From NCBI GenBank assembly GCA_965112735.1, contig OZ218952.1, forward strand, positions 2,170,001 to 2,234,000: DNA of 64,000 bases, written 5' to 3'. Shown here one piece after another: positions 35,601 through 47,545 of the stretch. The DNA comes from Phaeosaccion multiseriatum. Taxonomy: Eukaryota; Protista; Ochrophyta, other classes. The translations under genes were made by a program, and so were the position numbers. A model generated the notes under the pieces. It did not search any database. It had not been told where the DNA came from and was given only the letters and a program-made list of their open reading frames with translations. The stretch's first letter is position 1; every line of letters begins with the position of its first letter.

Positions 35601-38600
35601 GGGCACACAATTGAAGGCCGAGGCGTGGTCGATCCCCTGGACCTGTTCTCTCGCACGTATGCATACGTACGTACGTACGTACTTACCCTTTGTCTTGTCG
35701 CGCCTCTTCATTTGCCACACCTGTTGATTGATTGTTTGATTTGTTCATCGTGGGGGCCGCAAAAGGCGGGGGTCGGGAGGGAATGGAGGGGAGGGGTTGC
35801 CTGAGTCTGTCACTTCCTCTCAATACGCTCGTAGGTAAGAGAGGCCATGTTCCGTGGAACTAGGGAAGAAGAAAAAAGAGGCCATAGTTCCGTAGCAGTC
35901 TGGGAAGAAGAAAAAAACGCCCGTTTCCCCTCCTCACACTTCCACACTCACCTTGACGTAGCCAATGGGTATCTGGAACCCAAAGAAGCCCGCCACTGAG
36001 AAGAGAAGCCTCGGCACCAGCGGGGAGGCCACAGACAGGGCCATAAAGCCTCCGTTGAGGAACAAGCTGCACATGAGGGCGGCACTCAAACTGTATTGGA
36101 TGGCCTCGATCCTTCCAAATGCCTGCTCGGATTCCAACACGCGCACTCGGAGCTTGAGATCCCCCCTCTCGAGTCTTTCTGTAACGTCGTCAATGTGCGC
36201 CACTCGTCTTGGAGACTTGACCACAGACGCAAGGTCCTGGGGTCGGAGGCCTGCCTTCCGCTGCAGGGATTTGAAGAACGTCTTGTAAACGCTACCATCC
36301 TTCACGTCGAGAAGCTTCTTCAGGTAGGGCTGTGTGTGATGATGAGAGGGGAGGGAAAGGGAGGGAAGGAGGGAGGGAGGGAGGGAGGGAGGGAGGGAGG
36401 GGAGGGAAGGGGAGAGGGGCAGGAGGGAGGGGGGACGGGAGGGGACGGGGAGATGGAGAGAGTGAGGAAGGAGAGAGGGGGGAAGGGAGGGATGAAAGGG
36501 GCTTCGAAGAGCGCGCACGTACACACACGTACACACATACGCAAGCACACACAAGCACACAAGCACATACACTCACACTCACACTCACACTCACACGCAC
36601 ACGCACACTCACACGCACACTCTCTCTCTCACACACACACACACACGCACACGCACACTCAAACGCACACTCTCTCTCTCACACACACACGCACACACAA
36701 CTCTTGTGTGACGCAAGACACGTACGTTGGCGATGCGAGTGAGATCGTACTCGGAGTCCAGGCCCTTGCCGATGCCGTCCAGGGTTGTGAACGCGCGAAA
36801 CTGGGGGGGGGGGAGGGGGAGACGAAGAGGAAGACGGAGAGAGGGAGGGAGAGAAAGGAGAGAGAGGAAGGAGAGAGAGACGGAGAGGAAGGGGGAGGAA
36901 GGAGAGAGAGGACCAGGCAAAGGCGTCAGCATCAGCCTTCCCGCCTTTCCACCAGCCAAGCACTGTCGCTTGAAGCTGGCTGTGCTAACCAAACCAATCA
37001 ACCAATTACCCAACCAACCAACCACCTAACCAATCAATCAATTACCCAACCAACCAACCACCTAACCAATCAAAGAAAGAACCAACCAACCAACCAACCA
37101 ACCACCTAACCAATCAATCAATTACCCAACCAACCAACCACCTAACCTATCAATCAATTACCCAACCAACCAACCACCTAAACAGTCAACCAATTACCCA
37201 ATTAACCACCTAACCAATCAATCAATTACCCAACCAACCAACCACCTAACCAATCAATGAAAGAACCAACCAACCAACCAACCAACCAACCAACCACCTA
37301 AACAGTCAACCAATTACCCAACCAACCACCTAACCAATCAATCAATTACCCAACCAACCAACCGACCAACCAACTAGCCAACCGCTCAATCATGGGGATC
37401 CCGGCTTACCACAAAGGTGAAGGATGGAGGGAACTGTGGTGGGAGATAAAGGGGGGTGGGGGGGCAAACGAAAACAGCGAACGAAGTGGAGGTGAGGAGG
37501 AGGTAGACAATGAGTCGAGGGGGGGGGGGGGGGGAGAAGGACTGAGTGAGGGGCGTACACGAAGGAGAGCAAAGGGCTGAGTGACGAGCGTCCGGAGAAG
37601 AGAGGACAACAGGGGGCAGGCAGAGAAGGAATGGAGGAAGGAAGGAAGGAAGGAAGGAAGGCAGTGGAAGGCAAGCAAATACCGAACAAATCGACACATT
37701 ATCGATACTCTGCTTACCTTGATGGGAATGTCTGACTTGGCGGTGAATAAGTCCTGCCCGATCTTGGCTCGCTCCGACCTCCTCAGCATCTTCTCCTCCT
37801 CCTCGTCCATCTGGTTGATCCACTTGCCGCCTTCGCATCACACAGAGAGAGAGAGATGAGGGGTACGATAGCGGGCATGCCGTTACAGAAGTGAGTGAGT
37901 GAGTGAGTGAGTGAGTGAGTGAGTGAGTGAGTGAGTGAGTGAGAAAGTGAACCAATCGGCAGCACCATCGCACCCCACCCCCACTCCCGCTACATTCACC
38001 CCGCCCCACCCAACCCCACCCCACTTTACAACCCACTCCACCCCACCCCATCCCGGTCCCCAAGTGACCCATGGCCCACCCTATGTCCTGACACCACCCA
38101 CCTGACTGCAACGTGCTCTGGAAGGTATCCAGATAGAACCTCGCCACCCTCTCCACCGTCATACGATCCGAGCCCTGCCGAATAATGTCCATGTCTTCCA
38201 TGGCGTCCACCACCTCCTTGGGGTCGTTCTCGTAGATGCCGAAGATCAAGTCGACAAAGTTCCTCTTGAGCTCGGGGGACAGCTCGTCCTGCAGGGGGGA
38301 GGGGAGGGGAGGGGAGGGGGGTGCTCCTGCTTGAGTTCGAGGGTTTCTGCTTCACTTCAAGCTCCCCTGCGATAGAAGGCCTCTCCTCGCCTACTTGGAA
38401 CCCCCTCCCGGCTCTGCACTTGGTCTGGTCTGGTTGGTACACCAACGGCCCCCCCTTGGGCCCTCCCTCCCCCTCACTCACTCACTCACTCACTCACTCA
38501 CGCACTCCTTCCTTTCCTGTCGACTCACTGCCCTTTCCCTCCTTCCCTTCCCTCCCTCCCTCCCTCTCTCCTTCCCTTCCCTTTCCTTTCCTCTACTCAC

Positions 38601-41600
38601 CATCATGCCAAAGTCGTAGAAGATAAGGCGTTGGTTGTCGCCCTGCACGTCGCAAGCCAAGTTTCCGGGCTGGCGTGGGGCCGATGGAAAGATCAAGATG
38701 AAAGGAGTAGCAGGGGCGGGCGGGCGGGTGGAGAGGTGAGGGGGGGGGGTGATATGCAGGTGGGTTGGCGCCGTTGACGGTGCATTCATTTCGGGAGTAT
38801 AAACTGAACAACCAACATGGAAGGGAGAGCCATTTGTGGGGCGCTGCTGTTTGTGGGTTCTTGTCATGCATCGATTGCCATGTCATCCACAACCCCACCC
38901 AACGTACATGAGCTGTAGTGCAATACGTCGAGTGTCATCATCATCCGTCAACACGAGGAACACGAGGCGCGTGTGCGTGTGCGTGCACCGAGCAAGAGTG
39001 CGGGAAGGGGAGCACGTAAGAAACACGTAGAAGGGGGGTTGAAAGTAAGAGGGGGGGTTGAATGTAAAAAAAGCCCCATCTCCTCCTCTGTTCCCTTGTC
39101 TATGTTTGGCCTCCCTCCTCCTCCACCTCCACCTCCACCTCCTCCTCCCCCTCCTGCTCTTCCTCCCGGCATCCTTCGCCGTACAACCAACTTACGATCG
39201 CAGTGAAAGAAGCCGTTCTCAATGAGCTGTCACAGATGGTCACACACGAGGAAGAACAACACAACACACACCACAGAACAGAGGGGAGTAGGGAGGGGAG
39301 CACAAGGGCAGGCACGCATAAGCTTAGCTGTCAAAGGTGAGTGAGCGCATGAGCACAACGATCGAGCAAACATGTTGAGGCTAGCCTCCTGTGCCTGCCT
39401 GTCTGTCTGACTGGCTGAATGACTGACAATTGACTGACGGTCTGACTGACTGACGGACAGACAGACTGACAGACTGACTGACTGACTGACGGAAAGACTG
39501 ACTGACTGAGACTTGGGATGTCCGCTGGTGCCCACGAAGGCGTGACGTGACGCGGCATGAGGACTCCCCTCTTCTCTCTCTCTCTTTCTCCACCCACCCA
39601 CCCCCCCCCACACACACACGCACACACGCACGCACCTGCACCAAGTAGCACTCCGCGATGCGCGTGGCCATCTTCTTTCTGTCAATGCCCGCCTCGTCAA
39701 TCTTCTCGTAGTCGCTAATCTTGATGCCCGGTACATACTCCATGCACAGAATCTTGGCTGTCAAGGACCAGAGGGACAGGCACGAGCACAGCGGAGAGGA
39801 GAGGAGTGAGCGGGGCGGAGACGGAGAGGGCAGTGAATGAGGACAGTCACGGACGGAAAGGGGGTAAAGGCGGACAAGTGGACAAGTGGAGAGCGGCCAA
39901 GTGTAGAGAGGGGCAGGATGGTGGACAGGAGCGTTGCTGCTGAGTTGAGCGGGAGGGTGACAGTCTGGGCCTAGCAAAGAAGGAATGCACACGCAGACAC
40001 GCTACCGCCAGGCCCCTGCGCATAGAGCCATACCCACCCCATTGCGCCGCATCGCTGCCCTCTGCGAGCACACACACGCACCCATACGCCTCTACACGCA
40101 CACGTTCGCCATCCCTCGACCCCGCTTACGTACATGAGGAGCGATCCCATCTGATCTCCGGCACTTTGATCCAATCGCAGTTTTCGAAGCTCTTGGCGAA
40201 CCTCGCCGCGTTCCTGCCCTCCCCTCGGTAGTCCACCTAAGGCAACACAACACAGTAACACGCACAGCACGGCACACGCCACACACACAGCATGTGCACA
40301 ACGCCCCACACGTAACAAGCGAGAGAGACGCAAGAGAGCAAAAGGAATGGGTCAACGTCAACAACAGAAAACACAACACACCACTCGTCCGAGAGAGAGA
40401 AGGAGAGAGGAAGGGAGAGAGAGATGCACACCCAGCACACCAAGTCCCCACTGTCCGTCCGTCCTGCCGTCCGTCCGGGTGGGGCTTCACGGGAGAGTAA
40501 GTAAGCCCCACAAGCCACGCCCGCGCACGCTTCTTGTCGCGCAGCAACCTGAGCTCCGCTTTCGTCCCTCCCACCCACCCCGGTGCCTGCCTCGCCCTTC
40601 AGTGTCCCGTTCCCGTCCCCTCTTCTGTGCCTTTGACCCCTACAAGACGTCCAAAAACATTCAACGAAAGGCCGCTTGCACCGCTGCCGCACCTCCTCGT
40701 ATAGCACTCTCTTGTTCTCCTTGAGGATGCTGGTCCAGTCCCGTGAGGTGCCATCTATCTTGGGGTCGAACATGTCTGCGAGCTTGGCAAACACCGCCAT
40801 GCTCTTGAGATCCACCTCGAAGAGGTCCTTCAAGCCGGGCCGCTGCACCAAAGAGCATAAATACATACATACACACACATACGTACACACATGTACATGC
40901 ATACACACACAGAGAGAGAGACAGAGTGTGTGTGCGCGTGAGAGAGGCAAGGGAGAGAGACAAGAGGGACAGAGAGGGAGAGGAGCATACCCGGACTCCT
41001 TCCACGTTAAGCACGTCGGAGTGTGCGGTCAGCTCGCTTCATCTTGTCGTGCCCACGGAACGGCTCCCAAGCTACGAGATGGCATTGCTGATCCATCATG
41101 AGCCCTCCTCCCCCCCCCTACTCCCCCCCCTAATACTCCTCCTCCTCCCCTCCTCCTTCTCGTCCTCCTCCTCCTCCTCCTCCTCCTCCTCCTCCTCCTC
41201 CTTACTCTGCTCACGACCGACCGACCCTTCGACCGACCTGTACTTTGACGGCATACGTCTTGCCGTCCAGCGTGGCAAGGTGCACCTGCCCCAGAGAAGC
41301 GGCTGCCAGTGGTGTCTCATCAAATGTGTCAAACAGCTCCGAAACAGGGGCGCCCAGCTCCACCTTGATGACCGCCTTGGCTCGCCTGACAAGACACAGC
41401 ACACACGGCAGCAGCGGTAGAGGCAGCAGCAAGTAGCAGCAGTCGAGGTAGCGGTGAGCAGGAGCAGGCACTACATGTGTAGCCCGCAAAGGCGGAGTCC
41501 GTCCTCTTTCCTTCCCTGACTTCAAAGCCCCTTGACTCCTTCCTTTGCCAACCCCCCCCCCCCCCCCACCCCCTCTGCTGACTTACTTTCCCCCAAAGCC

Positions 41601-43133
41601 CTTGACATTGTCCTGCAGCTCGCTCAGTTCCTCAATGTACTCCTTGCTGAGCAAATCGATGCGCGTGGACAGTAGCTGGCCCAGCTTAATGAAGGTGGGG
41701 CCCAGCTTGAGCAGTGCTTTGCACAGATAACGGCCCAGTTTGCGCTTCTCCAGGCTGAGCTTGGCAGGGTCGCGGCTCACGAGACGCTGCTTCGCGAGCA
41801 TGAACACGGCGCGAAAGAGAAAGAACCACACCTGGAAAGTGCGCACCACCGCCTTGCCTCGAAGGCCCCACCGCCGCCGGAAACGAGCAAAGGTCCCCTT
41901 GGACTCTCTAGCCTCTCGGCTCTTCTCGATGGAGGCCATCTCTTTGGCCTCCTCCATGTCCTCGTCACCCTCGCCATCGTCGTCCTTCTCCTCCTTCCCC
42001 TTGTTCTCGTGCAGTACAAGCGCCTTCTGCTGTGTACCTGGTGAATGTGGGCTCGCTTTGCCCTGTTGTGACGATGGCCCCTTCACTTCCTTTCCTCCTT
42101 CCATCCCTGTTACCCGCCTGCTATCTAATTTTGTGTCTAACGCTGTTGCTGCAGCGGCAGAAGACGACAAATAGAGACATACGGTTGGGGAGGGGTGGGA
42201 GGGGGGGGGAGGGGTGCGCTTAGTTAGTACTAATTGAGCCTCAGTGGTGCGAGCGGAGGGGAGTCCACTCAAGACAACATGCCAGGGCAAGGCCAAGCGC
42301 GTGTCGTGTCGCAAAGCCACATCTACACCCGCTGTCTCGGCACCAACACCCATCATGTACACACGCACAAACACGCACTTCCGCCTCCTCCGTCCTTTGA
42401 CTCAAGGCTGGCGTCACAAGAGTGATGCTTCGCACACGAGATCAGGCTACTCTGTGTTGCGTCAGTCACCCTACTCACATGTGCTGTGCTCGGAGGGGAA
42501 ACCCCCGTTTGGCGGGCTAGGAACCACGAGCTGCGGCTGTTGCTTCCCCTTCCCCCCGTGCTGTGGCGCCAGGTGGTGAAGGTGCTGAAACTCTGCCTTG
42601 CTCACTTTGATGGGTGCCTGCTTCTCTGTTGGCGTGACTGTCGCTTCCCCTCGCCCAGCAAGCTTCGCCGTAGAAAACAGAGTAGACAGGATGCGCCTGC
42701 GTCGAGGAGATGCTGCTGTTGCCTCCTCTGTTGTTGTTGTAGATTTCCTTCCCCTCGACAGAGCCCCAAGGATTGACCATGGAGAGCTCCGCAGCGACGG
42801 AGATAAGGATGGGGAGGAAGTCAAGGAGGCGGACGAGAACCACATGGAAGAGAGGGCATCTGCAGTAGCAGCCCTCCGGCCGCTCCGGTTGCCCCTGGTG
42901 CTGGTGGTCGTCCTGGCCGATGATGGGGTAGCCCGATAGGGCATTCTCCGCTGTTGCAAAGGTGATAATGTCAGCTTCAGCCCCGTGCTGAAGCGCGCCA
43001 AGCAGGAGATTAAGAGCAGCAATACTGCGCTCAGCCCCGCTCTGCTGCTGCCCGCCCTGTTGTTCTGCGGCCTCCCCCTCGAACTGCTGACGATACTACT
43101 GCTGCCCCCACTCGCTGACTTTTCACACATCAT
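35321..43133 (-). CDS. ABC1/UbiB atypical kinase (plastid ABC1K7/ABC1K8-like), many exons including micro-exons
   Basis: Motifs: [44 protein letters not shown]|RPGL, EE|[46 protein letters not shown]|[31 protein letters not shown]. The last exons 35720-35687 and 35331-35321 give [14 protein letters not shown]. The N-terminus has a hydrophobic presequence; the start codon is uncertain. Confidence 0.92.
36987..37385. repeat. (AACC)n-based compound minisatellite with ~36-nt higher-order unit, in an ABC1K intron
   Basis: The unit 'aaccaatcaatcaattacccaaccaaccaaccacct' recurs with variants. Confidence 0.9.
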
Positions 43134-44114
43134 GCCCTCCCTCGACCTAACCCGCCTCCTTCTACTACTGCCACATGCACTCAAGCTCCCTCCACTCCTA
43201 ACGGCGCCCCCCATCCCAGGAGAACTGCCCCAGCTTGCGCTCTTGGCTGAGCCATTGTGGCTCCTGACGCACATATTGGCGCTGAAGTCAAGCAACGCCG
43301 ACGCTGCAGCAGCCGCAGCGAAGCAGCCACACGACAGAGCCAGCAGTAGACTACAAAAACGAGGGCCGACAGTAGACTACAAAAGCGAGGAGCATCGCGA
43401 CAGAGGCGACAGCATGACAGAGGCTCCTTCAACAATTCAACAAACAAAAAACGCCAAAAAAGGGGAGCGTGCCAAGTGGACCCACGCAGGGGCGAGGTTG
43501 GCTTGCTCTTCAACAGCCCAATCGGTGGACGCTTCACGTGCTTCGCTGCAGCCCACCAGGTGCCCTCCTCTTGATTGATAATGACTGAATCACTCAGCTG
43601 TGGAAAGGGGTTGGGCATACAAACAACGTCCACCCCTGGATAGCCCTATCGTAGACAATACGGCGGCTGCGGCTGCAGGTAATGAACAATACGGAAAGCA
43701 GGGCATTACATTACAGGTTCGCAGGGGAGTGGGGAGAGGATAGGGAGGCCTCTTGTCGCTGCTTGTCCTTTGTCAACGTCCTGCAGCTTTGCCTCTGTTC
43801 GCTGCTGCAGCCAATGGAGCTACGGATACTATCCCTCTCTTCCCCTCCCCCCTCGTGTTTCTCACGTGGGCCTCTCTCGGCCCTCGCTTTTGTAGTCTTC
43901 TGCTGTCCCCATGATCCTCCTTTCGCTGTCATGTACGAGGTACTGCTCGTATTGGTTTTCTTTTTTTCTCTGAAGTTTTTCTTCTCCTCCTCCTCTTCTC
44001 TCTTCTCCCCTCCCTCCCCCCCCCGCCCTCTCTCTTTCTCTCCTCTTTCCTCCACATGCACACTGGGATTCAGACCTTAAAAGGGGAGAGAAACTAGGCA
44101 ACGAGACAATAGAC

Positions 44115-45417
44115 ATGGAGGCCGCTGCAGACACGAACGGCCAGGTGGGCCCAACAGAGGAGCCTGCTGCGCTTGATGCTACAGAGGAGACTCCTCAAGA
44201 CCCGGAGTCAGTAGCAGCAGCAGCAGCGGCGGACCCCAGCGAGGCTGCTTCAAAGAAGCGCAAGCTGGAAGATGGGGCCGGGGTGACGGACGGCGCGGGA
44301 GAGTTGGCCTTTCATTCAACGGATGAGGCGACGAGGCAGGCCATGGCACAAAAGTGGCTGGCTCCTCTGTCCGAGTTCGACCTTCGAAGGTTGCTCGTCA
44401 AGATGTGAGTAGTACTGCGGACGGTGGTGGTAGTGGTAGTGGTAGTGGTGATGATGGTGGTGGCGTACGTGGGGAGTGGGGAAGAGGTGAGTTACGTCGA
44501 TCCAACTTGGCGGGTGGTGGTTGGTTGTGAGTCTGCTTTGCTCTCTGCTGCTGCATGCACCTTAATTATCTGCTTGTGTTTTCTTCTTCTTCTTTCTTTG
44601 TCTTTCTTCTTCGCTCATCTGACCTGGCAATGATGGTGGTACCGTGCTGCTGCTGGTGGTGCTCCTGTGCACGATACAATGCCTCTGCCTACCTGCCCAC
44701 CCTGCGGATGACAATGTGCTTGGTCTGGGGAATGGCTTTACACGGATGGATCGGATGCTTCTGTGGTGCTCCTGCTGCTGGTGCTCTGCTGCTGGTGCTC
44801 TGCGGGCGTGCTTGATTGCCCTGTTTGGCCGTTTCCGCTGCTGTTGGCGTTGGGTGGATGGAAACATTCGATGGAAAACAAAAACGAAACGAAAATGACT
44901 CGCTTGGACTGGACCGACACATTGCTGAATGAATGGCCATTCTGACTACCATGGTTGCGACTACTGACTACCGTTCATGCGGGTGCTACTGGTGCTGCTC
45001 TGGATTGGACGTGTTTGGTGTGGCGCATTTAATCTGTCCCATGCGATGCGCGAGAGTAGTGCGGTGGCCACGCCCGCCGCCTACGCCGCTATCCACCAAA
45101 CTGCTGCCGAAGATCCGGTACGGGGTCATGGATACTCCCACCACCACTCTTGTCTTCATTCACAAAACACCATCAGCCACTCCCCCGACCCCACCCCTCA
45201 TCTCCCTCTCCTCTTACACTCACACACACACAGCCACACACACGCCTGCTGCCTACCCGCCTTGTCAGGTCCCTTCCCCACACCCCCAACGGCGTCTTGT
45301 CCTTAACCTCGCCCTCCCTCTCTTTCTTGCATCTACCTCTTTGCCTCCTCATCTCGGCGCTCCCTCCCTATCCCGACCTGGTCACCCCCCTCCCCACGCA
45401 CACACATGCACATACAC

Positions 45418-45455
<38 letters not shown>

Positions 45456-46644
45456 CAGGTCCACCGCAAGCTCTTCATCCGGGGCCTGTCCTGGACCACA
45501 ACGAGTGAGATGCTGAAGGAGGCCTTCGTGTGCCACGGAGAGATCTCAGAGGCCGTGGCTGTGCAGGACAAGGTCACCGGCAAGAACAAGGGCTTCGGCT
45601 TTGTCACTTACGAGGTACATTACGGTTACCTACGGTTACCTTACGTGTTTTTTTATAAACCCATCGTTCCACTCGGCTTAATTTCATCCACCCCCATTGA
45701 CGCTCCTCCCTCCCACTTGACTTGACTCGACTCTCCTCAGACCATGGAGGCCGCCTACGCCGCACTGGAGAACCCTTCCAAGGAGCTTGATGGGCGGACG
45801 GTGGAGTGTAACCTTGCCGCCCTCAAGAGCAGTCAATCGAGGTCGGGCTTCCATGGGGCTCCTGTCACAGGCGGTGCGGGAGGAGGCGGGGGTGGAGGGG
45901 CAGGAGGCATACACGGAGGATCAGTGTCGGCCTCAGGGGAGCCTGAGGCCGTGAGAAAGCTTTTCATCAAGGGACTCAATTATGATACCACTACCGAGAC
46001 GGTCAAGAGCTACTTTGGACAGTACGGTGAGATTGAGTTCTGCCAGGTCATTACGCACAAGGATACAGGCAAGAGCAAGGGCTACGGCTTTTGCACCTTC
46101 ACCACCGCGGCAGGCGCTCAGGCCGCACTCGCACAGCCCGAGAAGCACATTGATGTACGTGTTCACGTGTATGGACGTGGTGGGGGGGGGATGATGATGG
46201 TCATGATGATGATGATGATCGATGTTTTTGGTTTGGTTTGTTTGCGGTATCTTATGAATCTCTTTCTCTCTCTCTCTCTCTCTCTCCTCTTATTTTCTCT
46301 TCATACTTTCTGTTTCTCAGGGCCGCAACACGCAATGCAACTTGGCCGAGGCAGGCAAGGCCGCCCAAACCAGCATGGGGGGTGGAGGCTACGGCCAGCA
46401 GATGGGCATGGCGATGGGCTACAACAGAATGGGAGGAGGGGGCTACGGCCAACAGCAGGGCATGTACGGTGGCCAGCAGCAAGGCTATGGCCAGCAGCAG
46501 CAGCAGTGGAGTGGGCAACAGCAGCAGTGGGGGGCTCAACAGCAGCGGATGGCAGGAGGTCAGCAGTACTCGCACCACGCTCAGCTCGGCCAACCCATCC
46601 AGCCCGGGATGGATGCCACGCAGCAGGGCCAGCAGTGGGGATAG
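44115..46644 (+). CDS. Two-RRM hnRNP-like RNA-binding protein (UBP1-associated protein 2 / UBA2-like) with Gly/Gln/Tyr-rich tail
   Basis: Exons 44115-44404, 45060-45117, 45459-45614, 45741-46154 and 46321-46644. Motifs: AEDP|VHRKLFIRGLSW, KGFGFVTY, RKLFIKGLNY, KGYGFCTF. An N-terminal LAPLSEFDLRRLL helix resembles UBA2-like proteins. Confidence 0.88.
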
Positions 46645-47545
46645 AGCTAAGCTAGGGTGATATGAAGTCAGTCAGTAGGGCAAGGCAGGGGCAGGAGAGG
46701 GAGGTGTTCGTTGTGTGTTCCCGCTGCCCGGGGGGGGCGGGGGGAGGAGGGGAAGGCTTAGAAGGGTGCATACTATAGGCATACAGGCATCCTCATACCA
46801 TGCATTCGTGTGTGTGTGCGTACGTGCGTGCGTGCGTGCACGCTTTTCCGCCGTTGGCTGAGAGAAGAGGTGCAAGAAATATGACAATGGAATCCAGAGA
46901 GAGAGAGAGAGAGATGGAGAGAGATATGGAGAGGGGTAAGGCAATGTACGCAGCCCCATCACTCATCACTCTGCGGGGTGGCCGGGACTTGTCTGCACTG
47001 CCACAAGAAAGACTGGCGCGTTTACTCGTGACTCAGTCACAAGAACGACTGAATGACTCACTCGCTTCCTCATTTTCCTTCTCATTTTAATTAATGATAT
47101 GGGCGCTATTAGTTAGAAAGAAATGGCAAGTCGGCTCTTTCTGGGCGGGCAGAGACAGGCACACGTACAACACAGAGCGCTCCAATGAAATGACGCTCCT
47201 TCCCTTCCCTAGCCGCCACCCGCCTTGAGGACAACACCACACACTTCATTTTTTTTTTAAATTAATAACACCACATACTCGGCCGCGACAGGGGAACGGA
47301 CAGACGGCACATTGATTGCGAAAGGAGTGCAGCTGCTGCCTTGTCAGAGCTTGCCTCCTGCTGCGCTTCCCTCCTTCTGCCCCTGCCTGCTGCTTCGCTG
47401 CTTCTCGCTGTCCTCACCTCGCTGGAACCTCTTCCGCCTCTGGCAATAACTAAGTCAACCCTTTCATTGTGTGGGGATGTGGTGGGCTGGTGGCAGGGCA
47501 CGGCCTGGAGTGTGAGAGTGCCATTCCCAAGAAGCGTGCTCAAGC

